DNA of 64,000 bases from Polyangiaceae bacterium (GCA_965222375.1 CBDCTZ010000011.1:160001-224000), one strand, 5' to 3'. Positions 1 through 9,759 are shown, numbered from the stretch's first letter. Program-made: numbers and translations. Notes: generated from the letters alone by a model not told the origin.

Positions 1-382
1 CGTGAAGGCGTACAACACGCTGACCGCGGGCACGTTCGACGGGCGCTCATCCCTGAAGACCTGGTTGTACCGAGTCGTCACCAATGGCTCCATCGATGCG
101 CTGCGCAAGCGCAAGCGCAAGGCGGAAGTGCCCGAAGACGTGATGTCGGAGATGGCGGACGGAAGTGCCGCGCCGGCACTGGAAGCTAGACTCGCTCTTC
201 GCGAGCTGGCCGAGTACCTCGACGGGCTTCCTGAGGAACAGCGGGCAGCCATCGTTCTCAAAGTGGTGGAAGGTCTTTCGACGGCGGAGGTCGCCGAGAT
301 CATGGGTACGAGCGAGGGTGCTGTTGAACAGCGCCTGGTTCGAGCTCGCGTATACTTGCGGGGCAGAAGGAGTACAGCGTGA
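1..382 (+). CDS. ECF-type RNA polymerase sigma-70 factor (5' truncated by window edge)
   Basis: Region 2 motif FDGRSSLKTWLYRVVTN and region 4 HTH LPEEQRAAIVLKVVEGLSTAEVAEIMGTSEGAVEQRLVRAR. Confidence 0.9.
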   Translation, partial: VKAYNTLTAGTFDGRSSLKTWLYRVVTNGSIDALRKRKRKAEVPEDVMSEMADGSAAPALEARLALRELAEYLDGLPEEQRAAIVLKVVEGLSTAEVAEIMGTSEGAVEQRLVRARVYLRGRRSTA

Positions 383-654
383 CAGGTGACGGGGACGAAG
401 TGGACGAGAGGCTGGAGCGGCTCGCCGGACGGACCGCGGGAGTGAGGGCGGGCCCGCAGTTCTCGGCTCGGGTCATGAAGAGCCTGCCCCGGTCGGAGCC
501 TGCTGGCCTGTGGCTCGACCTCAGCGCGTCCGCGAAGTGGCTCATGCCGGTGTTCGCGGTGGCGGCAGCGGTTGCAGTGGCGCTGGCCGTGTCAGCCCAA
601 GACGCCAGCAGCGAGGCCATTGCCAGCACGGAAACGGCGGAGCTCGAATGGTAA
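379..654 (+). CDS. Putative single-pass membrane anti-sigma factor
   Basis: Overlaps sigma stop (GTGA), one hydrophobic TM segment, typical position after an ECF sigma. Confidence 0.65.
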   Translation: MTGDGDEVDERLERLAGRTAGVRAGPQFSARVMKSLPRSEPAGLWLDLSASAKWLMPVFAVAAAVAVALAVSAQDASSEAIASTETAELEW

Positions 655-1067
655 AGGGGAAGCGAATTCGCGCCATCGGGCTGCTCCTCGGCGTGTTCTT
701 GCTCGGTGGGATTGCCGGAGCGGCGACGACCCATGTGGTCGCCCATCGAGGCATGCGAGGCATGATGAGTCGCAAAGGCTTCGAGCATAGGCGCGTGCGC
801 GCACTGGCTCGGCGCTTGGACTTGTCGAGGGAGCAGACAGCGAAGGTGCGCGAGATTCTGAATCGGCGGGGCGAGGAACGGCGCAAGCTGATGGACGAGA
901 TGCGCGAGGAGTGCGGCGAGCCGATGGTCGAGCACCGCAAGAAGACCGACGACGAGATCCGAGCGCTCTTGACCGACGAGCAGAAGCCCAAGTTCGAGAA
1001 GCTACTCGAGCGTCGTGGCCGACGTGGTCCTCACCGCGGCCGGCATCGTGGGCCGCCACGTGACTAG
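648..1067 (+). CDS. Periplasmic Spy/CpxP-like (heavy-metal sensor-like) protein
   Basis: ATG at 648 in frame of ORF 510..1067; N-terminal TM/signal; LDLSREQ and LLTDEQ (LTxxQ-like) motifs; helical and charged. Confidence 0.7.
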   Translation: MVKGKRIRAIGLLLGVFLLGGIAGAATTHVVAHRGMRGMMSRKGFEHRRVRALARRLDLSREQTAKVREILNRRGEERRKLMDEMREECGEPMVEHRKKTDDEIRALLTDEQKPKFEKLLERRGRRGPHRGRHRGPPRD

Positions 1068-1504
1068 AGATCGAAGATGATCTGGGCGCGGTAGCCACCC
1101 CGATTCGCGTCGAAGCACGCTTCGTGAAGCGTGACAGCCTTGAGCTCGAGGCCTTCCGCATGCAGGTCGGAATCGTACTTGCCGACGCCGACCACTATCC
1201 GCGCTCCAGAGCCCTCGTCGATTGAGTGAACCTCGCAGCTCTGTGGGATGATGCCGTCTCGATCGAAGCGGAACAGCAGTTCGCGGAGAACGTCGACCGC
1301 AATCGACCAGAGTGGGCCGGCTTCGACTTCCACTTCGACGTCGGTCTTGTGAGGGACGCTCGCCCCTCCGGCCAAGAGTTGCCCCAGGGCGAGTACCAGA
1401 CGCGCGAGAGTTTCCTCCTTGGACTCGCCTTGGACGACCACACCCGCGTCCGCGGTGTGGTCGATCTCCTCGTAGGGCTGCGGGCTCTGCCAGCGCGGGG
1501 ACAT
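1064..1504 (-). CDS. Archease family protein
   Basis: YEEIDHTADAGV N-terminus, LKAVTLH motif, C-terminal IIFDL. Confidence 0.9.
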   Translation of the reverse strand: MSPRWQSPQPYEEIDHTADAGVVVQGESKEETLARLVLALGQLLAGGASVPHKTDVEVEVEAGPLWSIAVDVLRELLFRFDRDGIIPQSCEVHSIDEGSGARIVVGVGKYDSDLHAEGLELKAVTLHEACFDANRGGYRAQIIFDL

Positions 1505-1514
1505 GCGCGCCGCT

Positions 1515-2156
1515 TCACCAATCTTCGCAAGCGAAGCTCAGGCAGGGGTGGGGATTGGCAGCTGCGGCTTCCTGCTCGAGGCGCTGCCACTCCTTCTTCC
1601 CATCCGCGCTACCGTCGGACAGCGCCTTTTCGATCTTGCTGATCAGTTCCGAGTAGCGGGCGCGCACCTGGTTGGTCAGGGCGGAGCGCTTCTTTTCGAA
1701 CTCCTTCGCCTCGTCGCTGCTGCCGGGGCAAAAATACGAGAAGCGCGTGGACTCGTGGTACTTCAGCACCGAGTCCGCGACGGAGCGGAATTGGGCTTCG
1801 CAATCCTTCGCCGCCACGTCGCAGGGGGCTGGGACCTTCTTGGCAGTGGTCGCGATGGTTGCCAGCTGACCACGAACCATTTTGAACAAGCGTTCGTAAT
1901 TCTGCTGTGCTCGTTCCGACACGCCGTCCGGGATTTCCATGGTTGGCTCGTCGGGCGTGTCTTCGACGCGATCCGGGGCGGGCCCGACCAGATCTTCTTT
2001 GGGGCCCTCGGTGGGCTGCTCCGGAACTGCTACCTCGGTGCTGCTGCCGGGGGGAGCTTCCGCCGGCGGTTTGGGACCACAGGAAAGAACCGCGAGCGAC
2101 GAGCTCAAGAACAGTGCTCGCCGCTCGAGGATTCGGCGCCTGTCGCGATCCGTCAT
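1515..2156 (-). CDS. Hypothetical lipoprotein
   Basis: Probable start MTDRDRRRILERRALFLSSSLAVLSC (lipobox-like); Pro-rich linker; C-terminal PHPCLS motif. Confidence 0.65.
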   Translation of the reverse strand: MTDRDRRRILERRALFLSSSLAVLSCGPKPPAEAPPGSSTEVAVPEQPTEGPKEDLVGPAPDRVEDTPDEPTMEIPDGVSERAQQNYERLFKMVRGQLATIATTAKKVPAPCDVAAKDCEAQFRSVADSVLKYHESTRFSYFCPGSSDEAKEFEKKRSALTNQVRARYSELISKIEKALSDGSADGKKEWQRLEQEAAAANPHPCLSFACEDW

Positions 2157-2163
2157 CCCGGAC

Positions 2164-2820
2164 CTAGAGGGGTTCGACCTCGCACTGTTTGTTCTTACAG
2201 ACGGCTTTGACCGCGAGACACGCCGGCGTGATGAACCCGCACACGGGCACATAGCCGGAGCAGTAGTCCTTGTTGGCCTGAGCCAGAGCGGCTTGATAGG
2301 TCTTCTCGCCGCTGGTGGCGATGGCCGTCTGACAGCCGCCGGCGCACTGAGAACCGGCGCCGATCAGCTTGCAGTCGCCCGCGACGCTGCACTTGCCGTT
2401 GGCCTTGCGCGCGGCCTCGATGGCGGCGCTCACGGCCTTCAGTGCGTCTGAGCAGCTCAGGCATCCGTCCTTGGTCGGCACGGTCTTGGCGGCGCACCCC
2501 GCGTCTGTTCCGCCATCGGTGCCCGCACTGCCGCCGGCGCCAGATGTGCCCGCGCCGCCATCGGTGCCCGCGCCGCCACCTGCGCCGCTGGACCCGGAGC
2601 TGCCCGCTGTGCCGCCAGTGTTCGAACCGGAGCTTCCGCCGCTGCCCGCGCTGCCACCCGTGGAGCCGCCGCTGCCACCTGTCGAACCTCCGCTACCGGC
2701 GCTGCCACCCGTGGAGCTTCCGCCGCTGCCGCTCGCGTCGTCTTCAGAGCCGCAGCCCGGCACGAGGGCCACGCTGAGTGCTGTTGTCAAAGCAAAACAA
2801 GTCCAAGTCGAAAGTCGCAT
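2164..2820 (-). CDS. Gly/Ser-rich, Cys-rich lipoprotein
   Basis: MRLSTWTCFALTTALSVALVPGC lipobox, GGSAGSGG linker, Cys-rich C-terminal domain. Confidence 0.75.
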   Translation of the reverse strand: MRLSTWTCFALTTALSVALVPGCGSEDDASGSGGSSTGGSAGSGGSTGGSGGSTGGSAGSGGSSGSNTGGTAGSSGSSGAGGGAGTDGGAGTSGAGGSAGTDGGTDAGCAAKTVPTKDGCLSCSDALKAVSAAIEAARKANGKCSVAGDCKLIGAGSQCAGGCQTAIATSGEKTYQAALAQANKDYCSGYVPVCGFITPACLAVKAVCKNKQCEVEPL

Positions 2821-2971
2821 GTAGGTGAGTGTACGCGGCGCGCGGGGGATTTTCAAATCTCGCCTGTTTTCTGGCGAATCTCTCTCAAACCGAGTCGCAT
2901 CCGCATCGACCGGTCGCCCGCGCCCAAGACTCCGCGCACCCGTTAGGACGCGCAGCCTTGCGTGGGGCAAC

Positions 2972-3232
2972 CTAGTGGTGAACGGCGGATCGCCGCCGCC
3001 GCGCGTCACGAAGCAGCAAGACTAGCGCCGCACAAAACGGAGCAGCGATTGCCAAGCAAGTGCCAACCACCACCATCGCTGGGGTGATCACTTCAGCGCA
3101 CAGCCAAAAAATCGGTGCGCCCACCGCATAGAACCCGACTTCAATCATGACCCAGTGGCCGAATCCGAAACCGTCGCTGGGCTCCAGGTCTTCCTTTCCA
3201 GGCGTTGCCGGCTGTTCTTTGCGTAGCCTCAC
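2972..3232 (-). CDS. Small hypothetical membrane protein
   Basis: 86 aa ORF with two hydrophobic segments filling an intergenic gap. Confidence 0.45.
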   Translation of the reverse strand: MRLRKEQPATPGKEDLEPSDGFGFGHWVMIEVGFYAVGAPIFWLCAEVITPAMVVVGTCLAIAAPFCAALVLLLRDARRRRSAVHH

Positions 3233-3269
3233 CCGAATAGGTCGGCCTCCTACGAAATCCGTGCTCCGC

Positions 3270-5120
3270 TCACAACGTCAAGCTGGCCACGAAACCGAGC
3301 GGTGCAAGCGGACCGGTTCGCAGGACCTCCAAGCGAGTCCGAGAGCGGGGCCGTTGTGGGCCCGCCACACCTCCCCCGGGGCGCCGGCGCCCAGCGTGTC
3401 GGTCAGGTTTTTCTGGACCGGTCATGTCGCCCCGTTGCGCTGGCGTGTACGAAGCTCTGGGACCAGCAGCGCGAGAGCCTGCCGCAAGAGGTCCGCCAAG
3501 TGCTCCGCGCCGCGCGTTACCGGTTTCTTGGCGCCCCAGCGCGGCCACGGCTCGCTTCGACTCCCCGCGCCGAAAGCCCATGTTTGTCAGCGCGCTCAAC
3601 AGCTTGGATTCGAGCTCGGTTGAGTCCATTTGATCACGCGCTTCGCCCCTTGGCCAGAGCTCCGACCCCGGCTCGGCAGCTCCGCCCGCCTCATGCTCGA
3701 GACAGCGGAGTGATTCACTCGCGCGGAGTCTATTCGCGTCGTCCGAGGCACAGCTGGGTGCGTGGGAAGTTGCGGTTTCGTCGGTGTCACCTGGGTGGGA
3801 GGTCAGAGCGTCGGCTAGCGTGGGCGGGTCAGCGTTGCTTCCGCCACTCGTCTGTCCATGTCCGTGCCGCGATTCGCCATCCAACCTCTGCTGGCGAAGG
3901 CGAATTGCACCGCCCACGGAATCCCGTTCGACAACCTCCTGGACGCTGCTCTGTCGAGGTGACTCGGGCCCAGCCCCGCCGCCGGCTGTCAGGACCGCGC
4001 TGTCCTCTTCTGCTGCGCGTCGCGATTCGCCGCCCAACCGTTGCTGGCGACGGCGAATTCTACTCTCGATGTACCTCCCTCCGAATACCTTCTCGGCCTC
4101 GAACAAGTTGTGTGCGCGGCACAGCAAACGCCCGTTGTCGGTCGTGCCAGCCCCACCAAGCGCTCGTGGGTTTCCGTGGTCGAGCTGCACGAACGCTCTC
4201 GCTCGGCAGCGCTCACCGCTCGGCGAAACGTAGGTGCAACGCTCGCCATCGCGCTCGTAGATCTCCCTGCGGGCCTCGCGAGAGAACTCGCCGTGCTTGG
4301 TGCCACGGCTCTGTCTCGGGTGATTGGTCTTGCCGTGTTTCTTCTTTTCAAGATCCGCCAACAGCAGGTCAAGCCCCCGTTCGATGACCGTTGCCAAGTC
4401 TTGCTTCGGATTCGAGTGGCTCATCAAATCGAGCGCGCGCTCGAGCTTCTCTTTCAGCGCAGGACCGGCAGAAAACTGGATGTGAAAGCGCTGTGCGGCA
4501 AGCGGTGACACCCGAGGCCTAGGCTCATGGAGTTCAACGGTCGCCACCCCCGAAGCTCCAGGGGCCGATTGGCCGGCGGCCGCGGGGGCAACGGCTTCCG
4601 ACCCTGAGTCCGATGCAACTGATTGGCCCGCAGCCGCGCCATCGCCTCCAAGGTGCGCTTGGACGGGCATCGGACGGATCGCGTCTGCCACATCTGGCCG
4701 CGGAAACCGCGAGCGAATCAGCAACTCGACCTCGGCTTTGCTCTTGTCGCAGGCCGCCGCGAGCAACTCGGCGTGGTTTTCGACCGAAAGGTACCTCTGC
4801 AACATGCTGAGCGCCGTCACGTGGATCCGTCCCTCTCGCAGCGGGCCCAGCACCATTGGGTATTTGCGTGCGATGCGGGCAGCTGCAATGTGCCGATGAG
4901 CGCTGCCCTCGCTGAGCTTCAGCTTCCGGCAGCAGAACTCATACATGGAGGAACACGCCTCCCTCAGCTCCAACCGCCGCGCTTCCACCTCACCGAGGTA
5001 AGCCACGAGCTGTGCAGTGATCCTGCGCCGCGAGCCAATCACGCTGCCCAGATTGGCCAGGACTTCATCGTCCGAGAGATGAGCCATGCGTTTCGACGTT
5101 TCTGGTGCAGTGAGTGTCAT
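3270..5120 (-). CDS. DUF222-like/HNH endonuclease domain protein with C-terminal RuvA-C/UBA-like helical domain; probable frameshift near 3510 (original stop likely 3422)
   Basis: N-terminal LSDDEVL..LVAYLGEVEARRL..CSSMYEFC; HNH motif CTYVSPSGERC..QLDH..RALGG..DNGRLLCRAHN; LLSALTNMGF then ADLLRQALALL in a shifted frame. Confidence 0.8.
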   Translation of the reverse strand: MTLTAPETSKRMAHLSDDEVLANLGSVIGSRRRITAQLVAYLGEVEARRLELREACSSMYEFCCRKLKLSEGSAHRHIAAARIARKYPMVLGPLREGRIHVTALSMLQRYLSVENHAELLAAACDKSKAEVELLIRSRFPRPDVADAIRPMPVQAHLGGDGAAAGQSVASDSGSEAVAPAAAGQSAPGASGVATVELHEPRPRVSPLAAQRFHIQFSAGPALKEKLERALDLMSHSNPKQDLATVIERGLDLLLADLEKKKHGKTNHPRQSRGTKHGEFSREARREIYERDGERCTYVSPSGERCRARAFVQLDHGNPRALGGAGTTDNGRLLCRAHNLFEAEKVFGGRYIESRIRRRQQRLGGESRRAAEEDSAVLTAGGGAGPESPRQSSVQEVVERDSVGGAIRLRQQRLDGESRHGHGQTSGGSNADPPTLADALTSHPGDTDETATSHAPSCASDDANRLRASESLRCLEHEAGGAAEPGSELWPRGEARDQMDSTELESKLLSALTNMGFRRGESKRAVAALGRQETGNARRGALGGPLAAGSRAAGPRASYTPAQRGDMTGPEKPDRHAGRRRPGGGVAGPQRPRSRTRLEVLRTGPLAPLGFVASLTL

Positions 5121-5271
5121 GCCTACGTGCCTAACACGCACTTTTTCGGCTCCTGAGGTGACACGCTGCGTGGCGATCGCAACGCTGATCGACGCGCGCG
5201 CCGTCTCGCGACTGAAACCGCAAACGCGAGTCACACACGCGCGGCAAGCGTGTACAAATACTCACGCCGGC

Positions 5272-5296
5272 GTTTTGCGCGCGCGCGCGCGAAAAC
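5272..5296. repeat. Hairpin GTTTT-(GC)7G-AAAAC upstream of HNH gene
   Basis: Read directly: gttttgcgcgcgcgcgcgcgaaaac. Confidence 0.7.
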
Positions 5297-5377
5297 CTGT
5301 CAACAAGATTCTCAACAAAAAGGTGCGAGTCGATGGCGCAACCTGAGCCGAAGAGGCGCGAGGCCCGTGCGCCGCTT

Positions 5378-5495
5378 GCGCTCAGCGCGCTCGCATTGTT
5401 GCTCGACCTCCACTGGCGCTCAGCGATCTAGCGTGCTGCTCGATCTCCGCCTGCGGTGCACGCGCTCACATTGTTGCTCGACCTCCGCTGGCGAA
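5378..5495. repeat. Three imperfect tandem repeats, period 37-38 bp, core TGCTCGAYCTCC
   Basis: Core starts at 5400, 5437 and 5475; copies 1 and 3 share CATTGTTGCTCGACCTCC(A/G)CTGGCG. Confidence 0.75.
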
Positions 5496-5692
5496 GGCTA
5501 GTTGCACTGTCGATGTACTCCTCCAAATACCACTCTATGCGTCGAACGAGCTGACACTCGCGGCGCCGGCGCCTCGGCGGAGGTGCGGAGGTGGCGGGCC
5601 TCCCAAGGGCCCGACGCACCGCAGCCCATCAGCCGGCAAGACGCCCATCGCCGGCGCGAATCTCCGCAACTCAGCGTCGCAGTCGCCCCCGA

Positions 5693-6115
5693 CAAGTTGT
5701 CCCACCCGGGGTGGGCCCCCGTACAAATTTCGCGCAACCGACATAACCAATGGGCCGAGCAAGTTGCCCACCCGCCCTGGGACTTCTGTGTTGAAGTTCG
5801 TTGCTAGTCAGCCTCTCTCCCTATCAGCCTCCCGGCACACGGCGGAGCGGCGCGTTTGCCCCGATGGCCCGTTCGCGGGCCAACGCCGAAGCTCTCGACC
5901 TCCGCCAGGAGTGGTCCAGGCATTGCTGCGGAAGACGCCCCACGTTGCACCGCGATGAACCGTCGATGACGGCAGCTTCCGCCACATTCCCAAAAACACC
6001 AGCGAAGGACTGGGTGGTCCGCGGCGCATGCTCCTAGAAGAAGCGCACGGTCAACCCGGTCCCGCTAAACATGAGCCCGGGGGTGGGCCTCCGCTAAAAA
6101 ATGCGCGCAACTGAC
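5693..6115. repeat. Dispersed ~40 bp imperfect direct repeat (5705-5742 and 6076-6115) with GGGTGGG/CCCACCC palindromic core, REP-like
   Basis: cccggggtgggcccccgtacaaatttcgcgcaaccgac vs cccgggggtgggcctccgctaaaaaatgcgcgcaactgac; caagttg(t)cccaccc at 5693 and 5760. Confidence 0.6.
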
Positions 6116-6158
6116 TCCGCAGGGTGCGGATCTCAATGCTCCCCCGCCCCTGGGGCTT

Positions 6159-7379
6159 TCAGCGGAACGTGACCTTGGCGCCGTCGGTGACGCGATCGCT
6201 GGGGTGCAGCACGATTCGCGTATTCGCGGACAGGCCCTCGAGAACCTCTACGCTCAGGCCACTGTTGTGCCCAAGCTTCAACTCGCGCCTACGAGCCACG
6301 CCTCCTTCGACGACAAACACTGCGAAGCCATCTCCAGATTGGAACAGCGCACTCGTCGGGATGCGTAAGACATCCTGCGCCTCCCAAATCACGATCTTCG
6401 CTTCCACGCGGAATCCGTCCATCAAGGCCGTCCACTTTTTGTACGGATCGCGTAGGTCGATCACGGCGTTGACTCGTTGCTCCTCCACCCCCAAGGCGGA
6501 GAGGCGCGTGAATGCCGAGGGCTCCACCAAGCGCACTTGTGCCTTCAACGGCTCGCCTCCCCAGCGCAGGATCTCGACGCGGGAACCGGGGCGGATGCGT
6601 ACGGCGTCGCTGGTGAGCACGTCGACCACGACCTCGAGGGCGGCTGGATCTCCGACTTCCACCAAAGGAGCACCCGCCTGCACGACGCCCTCGCTCTCGT
6701 GCACCACCCGCAACACGCGGCCTGCTACGGGGCTCGGGACTTCCATGGAGTCCGCCGCGCCCTTCTTCTTGTTCATCGCGCCAAGCGCAGCCCTTGCCAT
6801 CTGCACTTCATAGGTGGCAACCTTGGAACCAAATTCGGCGCTAGAGACTTCCGCGCTGCGCGCGCGCTCTTCCAAAATGGCTTGCTCCGTATCGGCCTTG
6901 GTGTTGATGCCTTCCTTGGAGAGCTGCCTAGCTCGGTCGGCGGTCCGCTTTGCGAAGCTATGCGCGGCCTTGGCACGCTCGATCTGTGCCTTTGCCTGAC
7001 GTCGTGCGGCTTCCGTCGCGCGCAGGCGCGCTTGGGCCTCGGCCTTGCTGCGGGTGTCCAACAGTGGAGACTGCAGAGGCACCAAGCGGGCAATCACTTG
7101 TCCGGGTTTGACCTTGTCGCCCGGGCGCAACTCGATCCGAGCCAAGTTGCCCGACAACGGCGCGGATATCACGTAGCGGTCTTTGACCCGACTTTTTCCG
7201 TCTTCGTTGACGGTGACGACCAAGGGGCCACGTTCGGCGACGGTCGTCTCGACGACTGCCGGTTTGGGCAAGAAGGAGATGACGATCATCGCCAAGAGGC
7301 CAATGCCAAGCACGCCAAAGAAGACGCGTCGGAGCCACTTGCCAATCCAGCGTCGATTGTTCTTCTTGCCCTCCGTCAT
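6159..7379 (-). CDS. Efflux periplasmic adaptor (HlyD/MacA-like membrane fusion protein)
   Basis: N-terminal TM, lipoyl-like ISAPLSGNL and SPVAGRV motifs, helical hairpin, C-terminal VEVLEGL. Confidence 0.9.
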   Translation of the reverse strand: MTEGKKNNRRWIGKWLRRVFFGVLGIGLLAMIVISFLPKPAVVETTVAERGPLVVTVNEDGKSRVKDRYVISAPLSGNLARIELRPGDKVKPGQVIARLVPLQSPLLDTRSKAEAQARLRATEAARRQAKAQIERAKAAHSFAKRTADRARQLSKEGINTKADTEQAILEERARSAEVSSAEFGSKVATYEVQMARAALGAMNKKKGAADSMEVPSPVAGRVLRVVHESEGVVQAGAPLVEVGDPAALEVVVDVLTSDAVRIRPGSRVEILRWGGEPLKAQVRLVEPSAFTRLSALGVEEQRVNAVIDLRDPYKKWTALMDGFRVEAKIVIWEAQDVLRIPTSALFQSGDGFAVFVVEGGVARRRELKLGHNSGLSVEVLEGLSANTRIVLHPSDRVTDGAKVTFR

Positions 7380-7386
7380 CGTTCCG

Positions 7387-9759
7387 CTACTCCCGGGTCT
7401 TTAGTACAGCAATCAGGTCGAGGGTGTGCAGTTTGCGCCGGACCAGGGCGAAACTGACGAAGGTGGACAGCAGTACGACGGACACTGCGTATGCGTAGGT
7501 GCGCACAGAGACGAAGGTGGGCAGCCGGAACGTCTCTGGGTCGACGCTCGATGCGAGCGCAAGGACCATCAGGTGCCCGGCGACGAGCCCCAGAGGAATA
7601 GCCAATATGACCTGCACGGACAGCTCTCCGAAGAGGATTGCCGCAATCTCGCGGCGCGTGAAGCCGAGCACCCGCAGGCTGGCCAGATCACGGTTGCGTT
7701 GTGACAGTGCGATCCGCGCGTTGTTATAAACGACGCCAATGGCGATCACGCTGGCGAAGAGCGCGAGGATGAGCGTGTAGACACGCATGATGGTGCCACT
7801 TTGCTCTTCGAACTGTTCACGGAAACTACCGGGATAGGACACTGCCGCTACCCAGGGCACCTCCTTTAGTCTCTTGAAAACGCTGTCGCGCTGATGGGGG
7901 TCGATCCGCAGGAGACCCGTGCTGAAGCTCGGTTCATCCCGAGACAGCCGCCCCACCGACGCCAGAGTCATGTGGCCTTGCATCCCGAAGGGCTCGTCAA
8001 CCAGGGAAACCACTTGCACGGACGGCTTCCGGCGGCGCCCCTCTCGCAATTCGATGGTGATGAAGTCCCCGGGCTGAACGTCCAGGACCTCCGCTAGCTT
8101 CTCCGTCAGCATCACGCCGTCGCTGGGCACGGTGACCTGATCACCCTTTTGATTCAAGATCCGGCGCAACTCGATGTCGGGTGGGTAGCCCATGAGCACG
8201 GCGTCCCGCTGGCGGTGCTTGTGGATGAAGCGAACGGGCACACTGCGGATGCCCTCAGCGTGCCACACGCCGGGCATGGCGCCGAGCTCCCGGATCGCTC
8301 GGGAGGGCACCGGTTTGATGAAAGTGACCGTGGCGCTTTCACGCATTGCGCCGTGGAACTGCACGTTCAGCATGTAGTCGATGGCGTCGTACCAGTAGCC
8401 CGCGGTGACCACGATGCCGACGGACAGCGCGATGCCCACGGAGGAGAGCAAGACCCGTAAGGGTCTGCGTTCGACCTCGCGGATCACCATGCGGGGGGCT
8501 GGGCCAACGAAACGAAACAAGCCGAGGACTTCGAGCAGGCTGCGGCGGTAGGTCGTCGGCGCAGGGGGGCGCATGGCTTCGGCGGGTGGCAGTGTGGCGA
8601 CCGCTCGCGCGGAGGCCAGGGCCCCGATGATGGCTGCCGCAAGACTGATCCCGACGCTGATCAAAGCGACCCCCGGCTCCAGGCGATACTCAGGCGTGGG
8701 GAATCGGAAGTACTGCCCGGTGTACATCTCCGTCATGGCTTCACCGAGCCAGTGGCCAACGGTGAGCCCCAGGGCTGCGCCAAGCAAGACAATCACGCTG
8801 ACCAGCTTCACGTAGTGCAGCCCGACGTCCCGGTCGGCGTAGCCCACGGCCTTCAGGGTCGCGATCTGCGATCGCTGCAGATAAACCAGGCGTGAAAGGA
8901 CGACGTTCAGCAAGAAGGCTGCGACAAACAAGAAGAAGACGGGCACGACCGTCGCCATGCCCTCGAGCTGCACGAGCTCGCCCTGCAGCATGAAGTGGGA
9001 TGGTTGTTTGGATCGCGGTACGGCGCCGATGCCGCCGTAGGGCTCGAGTATTCGATCCAGCTGCGTCAGCACCTCTGCCTCGCTGGCGCCCGGTTCGAGC
9101 TTCAGGATCACGTTGTTGAAGCCCCCTTCCATCTGGAAGGCTGCAGAAACCGCGTGCTCCGCCATCCACAGAATCGCGATGGATTTCGGATCGTAACTCA
9201 TGCCCCCCGGCGGCATGGTGAAAACAAACTCCGGGCTCATCGCGAGGCCTACGATGCGGAGCTCCCGTAGCGTGCCGTTGATCACCGCTGGCACCGTGTC
9301 ACCCAAGCTCAGCCCGTGGGCTTCAGCGAAGGCGTTGAGCAGCATCACCTCGTCGTCCCGAGCTGAATCAACCCAACGTCCAGACTTGAGGTGCAAGTCG
9401 CCCAACCCTGGGCGTGCACCTGCCGGCACGGAGACGACGGTGCCGGAAGCTGGCCGAGTCATGCCGGGCATCGGCACCATCACGCCCTCGTAGACGCGAG
9501 TTTCCACCCGCGCCACGCCGGGCAATGCTTTGATTCGCGCTTTCACGCCTCCCGGAGCGCGCTCGAGGTGCGCAAACACGTCCCCGAATCGATACCGCTC
9601 GTAGTAGGCGTCTCTCGAGAAGGTCAGCGAATCGAAGGCGCTGCGCATCGTCACATAGCTCGCGATGCCGCAGGTCACCACCAGGGCAATCGTGATCACT
9701 TGCCCAACGAGGCCGCGCAGGTCTCTCAACAGCTTCTTGTCGAGAGCGCTGATCAGCAT
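7387..9759 (-). CDS. ABC transporter permease, FtsX/MacB-like (duplicated)
   Basis: Two FtsX repeats (QRSQIATLKAVGY; RNRDLASLRVLGFTRREI); multiple TMs. Confidence 0.9.
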   Translation of the reverse strand: MLISALDKKLLRDLRGLVGQVITIALVVTCGIASYVTMRSAFDSLTFSRDAYYERYRFGDVFAHLERAPGGVKARIKALPGVARVETRVYEGVMVPMPGMTRPASGTVVSVPAGARPGLGDLHLKSGRWVDSARDDEVMLLNAFAEAHGLSLGDTVPAVINGTLRELRIVGLAMSPEFVFTMPPGGMSYDPKSIAILWMAEHAVSAAFQMEGGFNNVILKLEPGASEAEVLTQLDRILEPYGGIGAVPRSKQPSHFMLQGELVQLEGMATVVPVFFLFVAAFLLNVVLSRLVYLQRSQIATLKAVGYADRDVGLHYVKLVSVIVLLGAALGLTVGHWLGEAMTEMYTGQYFRFPTPEYRLEPGVALISVGISLAAAIIGALASARAVATLPPAEAMRPPAPTTYRRSLLEVLGLFRFVGPAPRMVIREVERRPLRVLLSSVGIALSVGIVVTAGYWYDAIDYMLNVQFHGAMRESATVTFIKPVPSRAIRELGAMPGVWHAEGIRSVPVRFIHKHRQRDAVLMGYPPDIELRRILNQKGDQVTVPSDGVMLTEKLAEVLDVQPGDFITIELREGRRRKPSVQVVSLVDEPFGMQGHMTLASVGRLSRDEPSFSTGLLRIDPHQRDSVFKRLKEVPWVAAVSYPGSFREQFEEQSGTIMRVYTLILALFASVIAIGVVYNNARIALSQRNRDLASLRVLGFTRREIAAILFGELSVQVILAIPLGLVAGHLMVLALASSVDPETFRLPTFVSVRTYAYAVSVVLLSTFVSFALVRRKLHTLDLIAVLKTRE

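Noticed and set aside
5378..5495. CRISPR array
   Set aside because: Only three degenerate units of 37-38 bp total period, no distinct repeat/spacer structure and no cas genes
5428..6037. Short ORFs upstream of the HNH gene
   Set aside because: No recognisable motifs or RBS; only a brief protein-like stretch (LVRRIEWYLEEYIDS)
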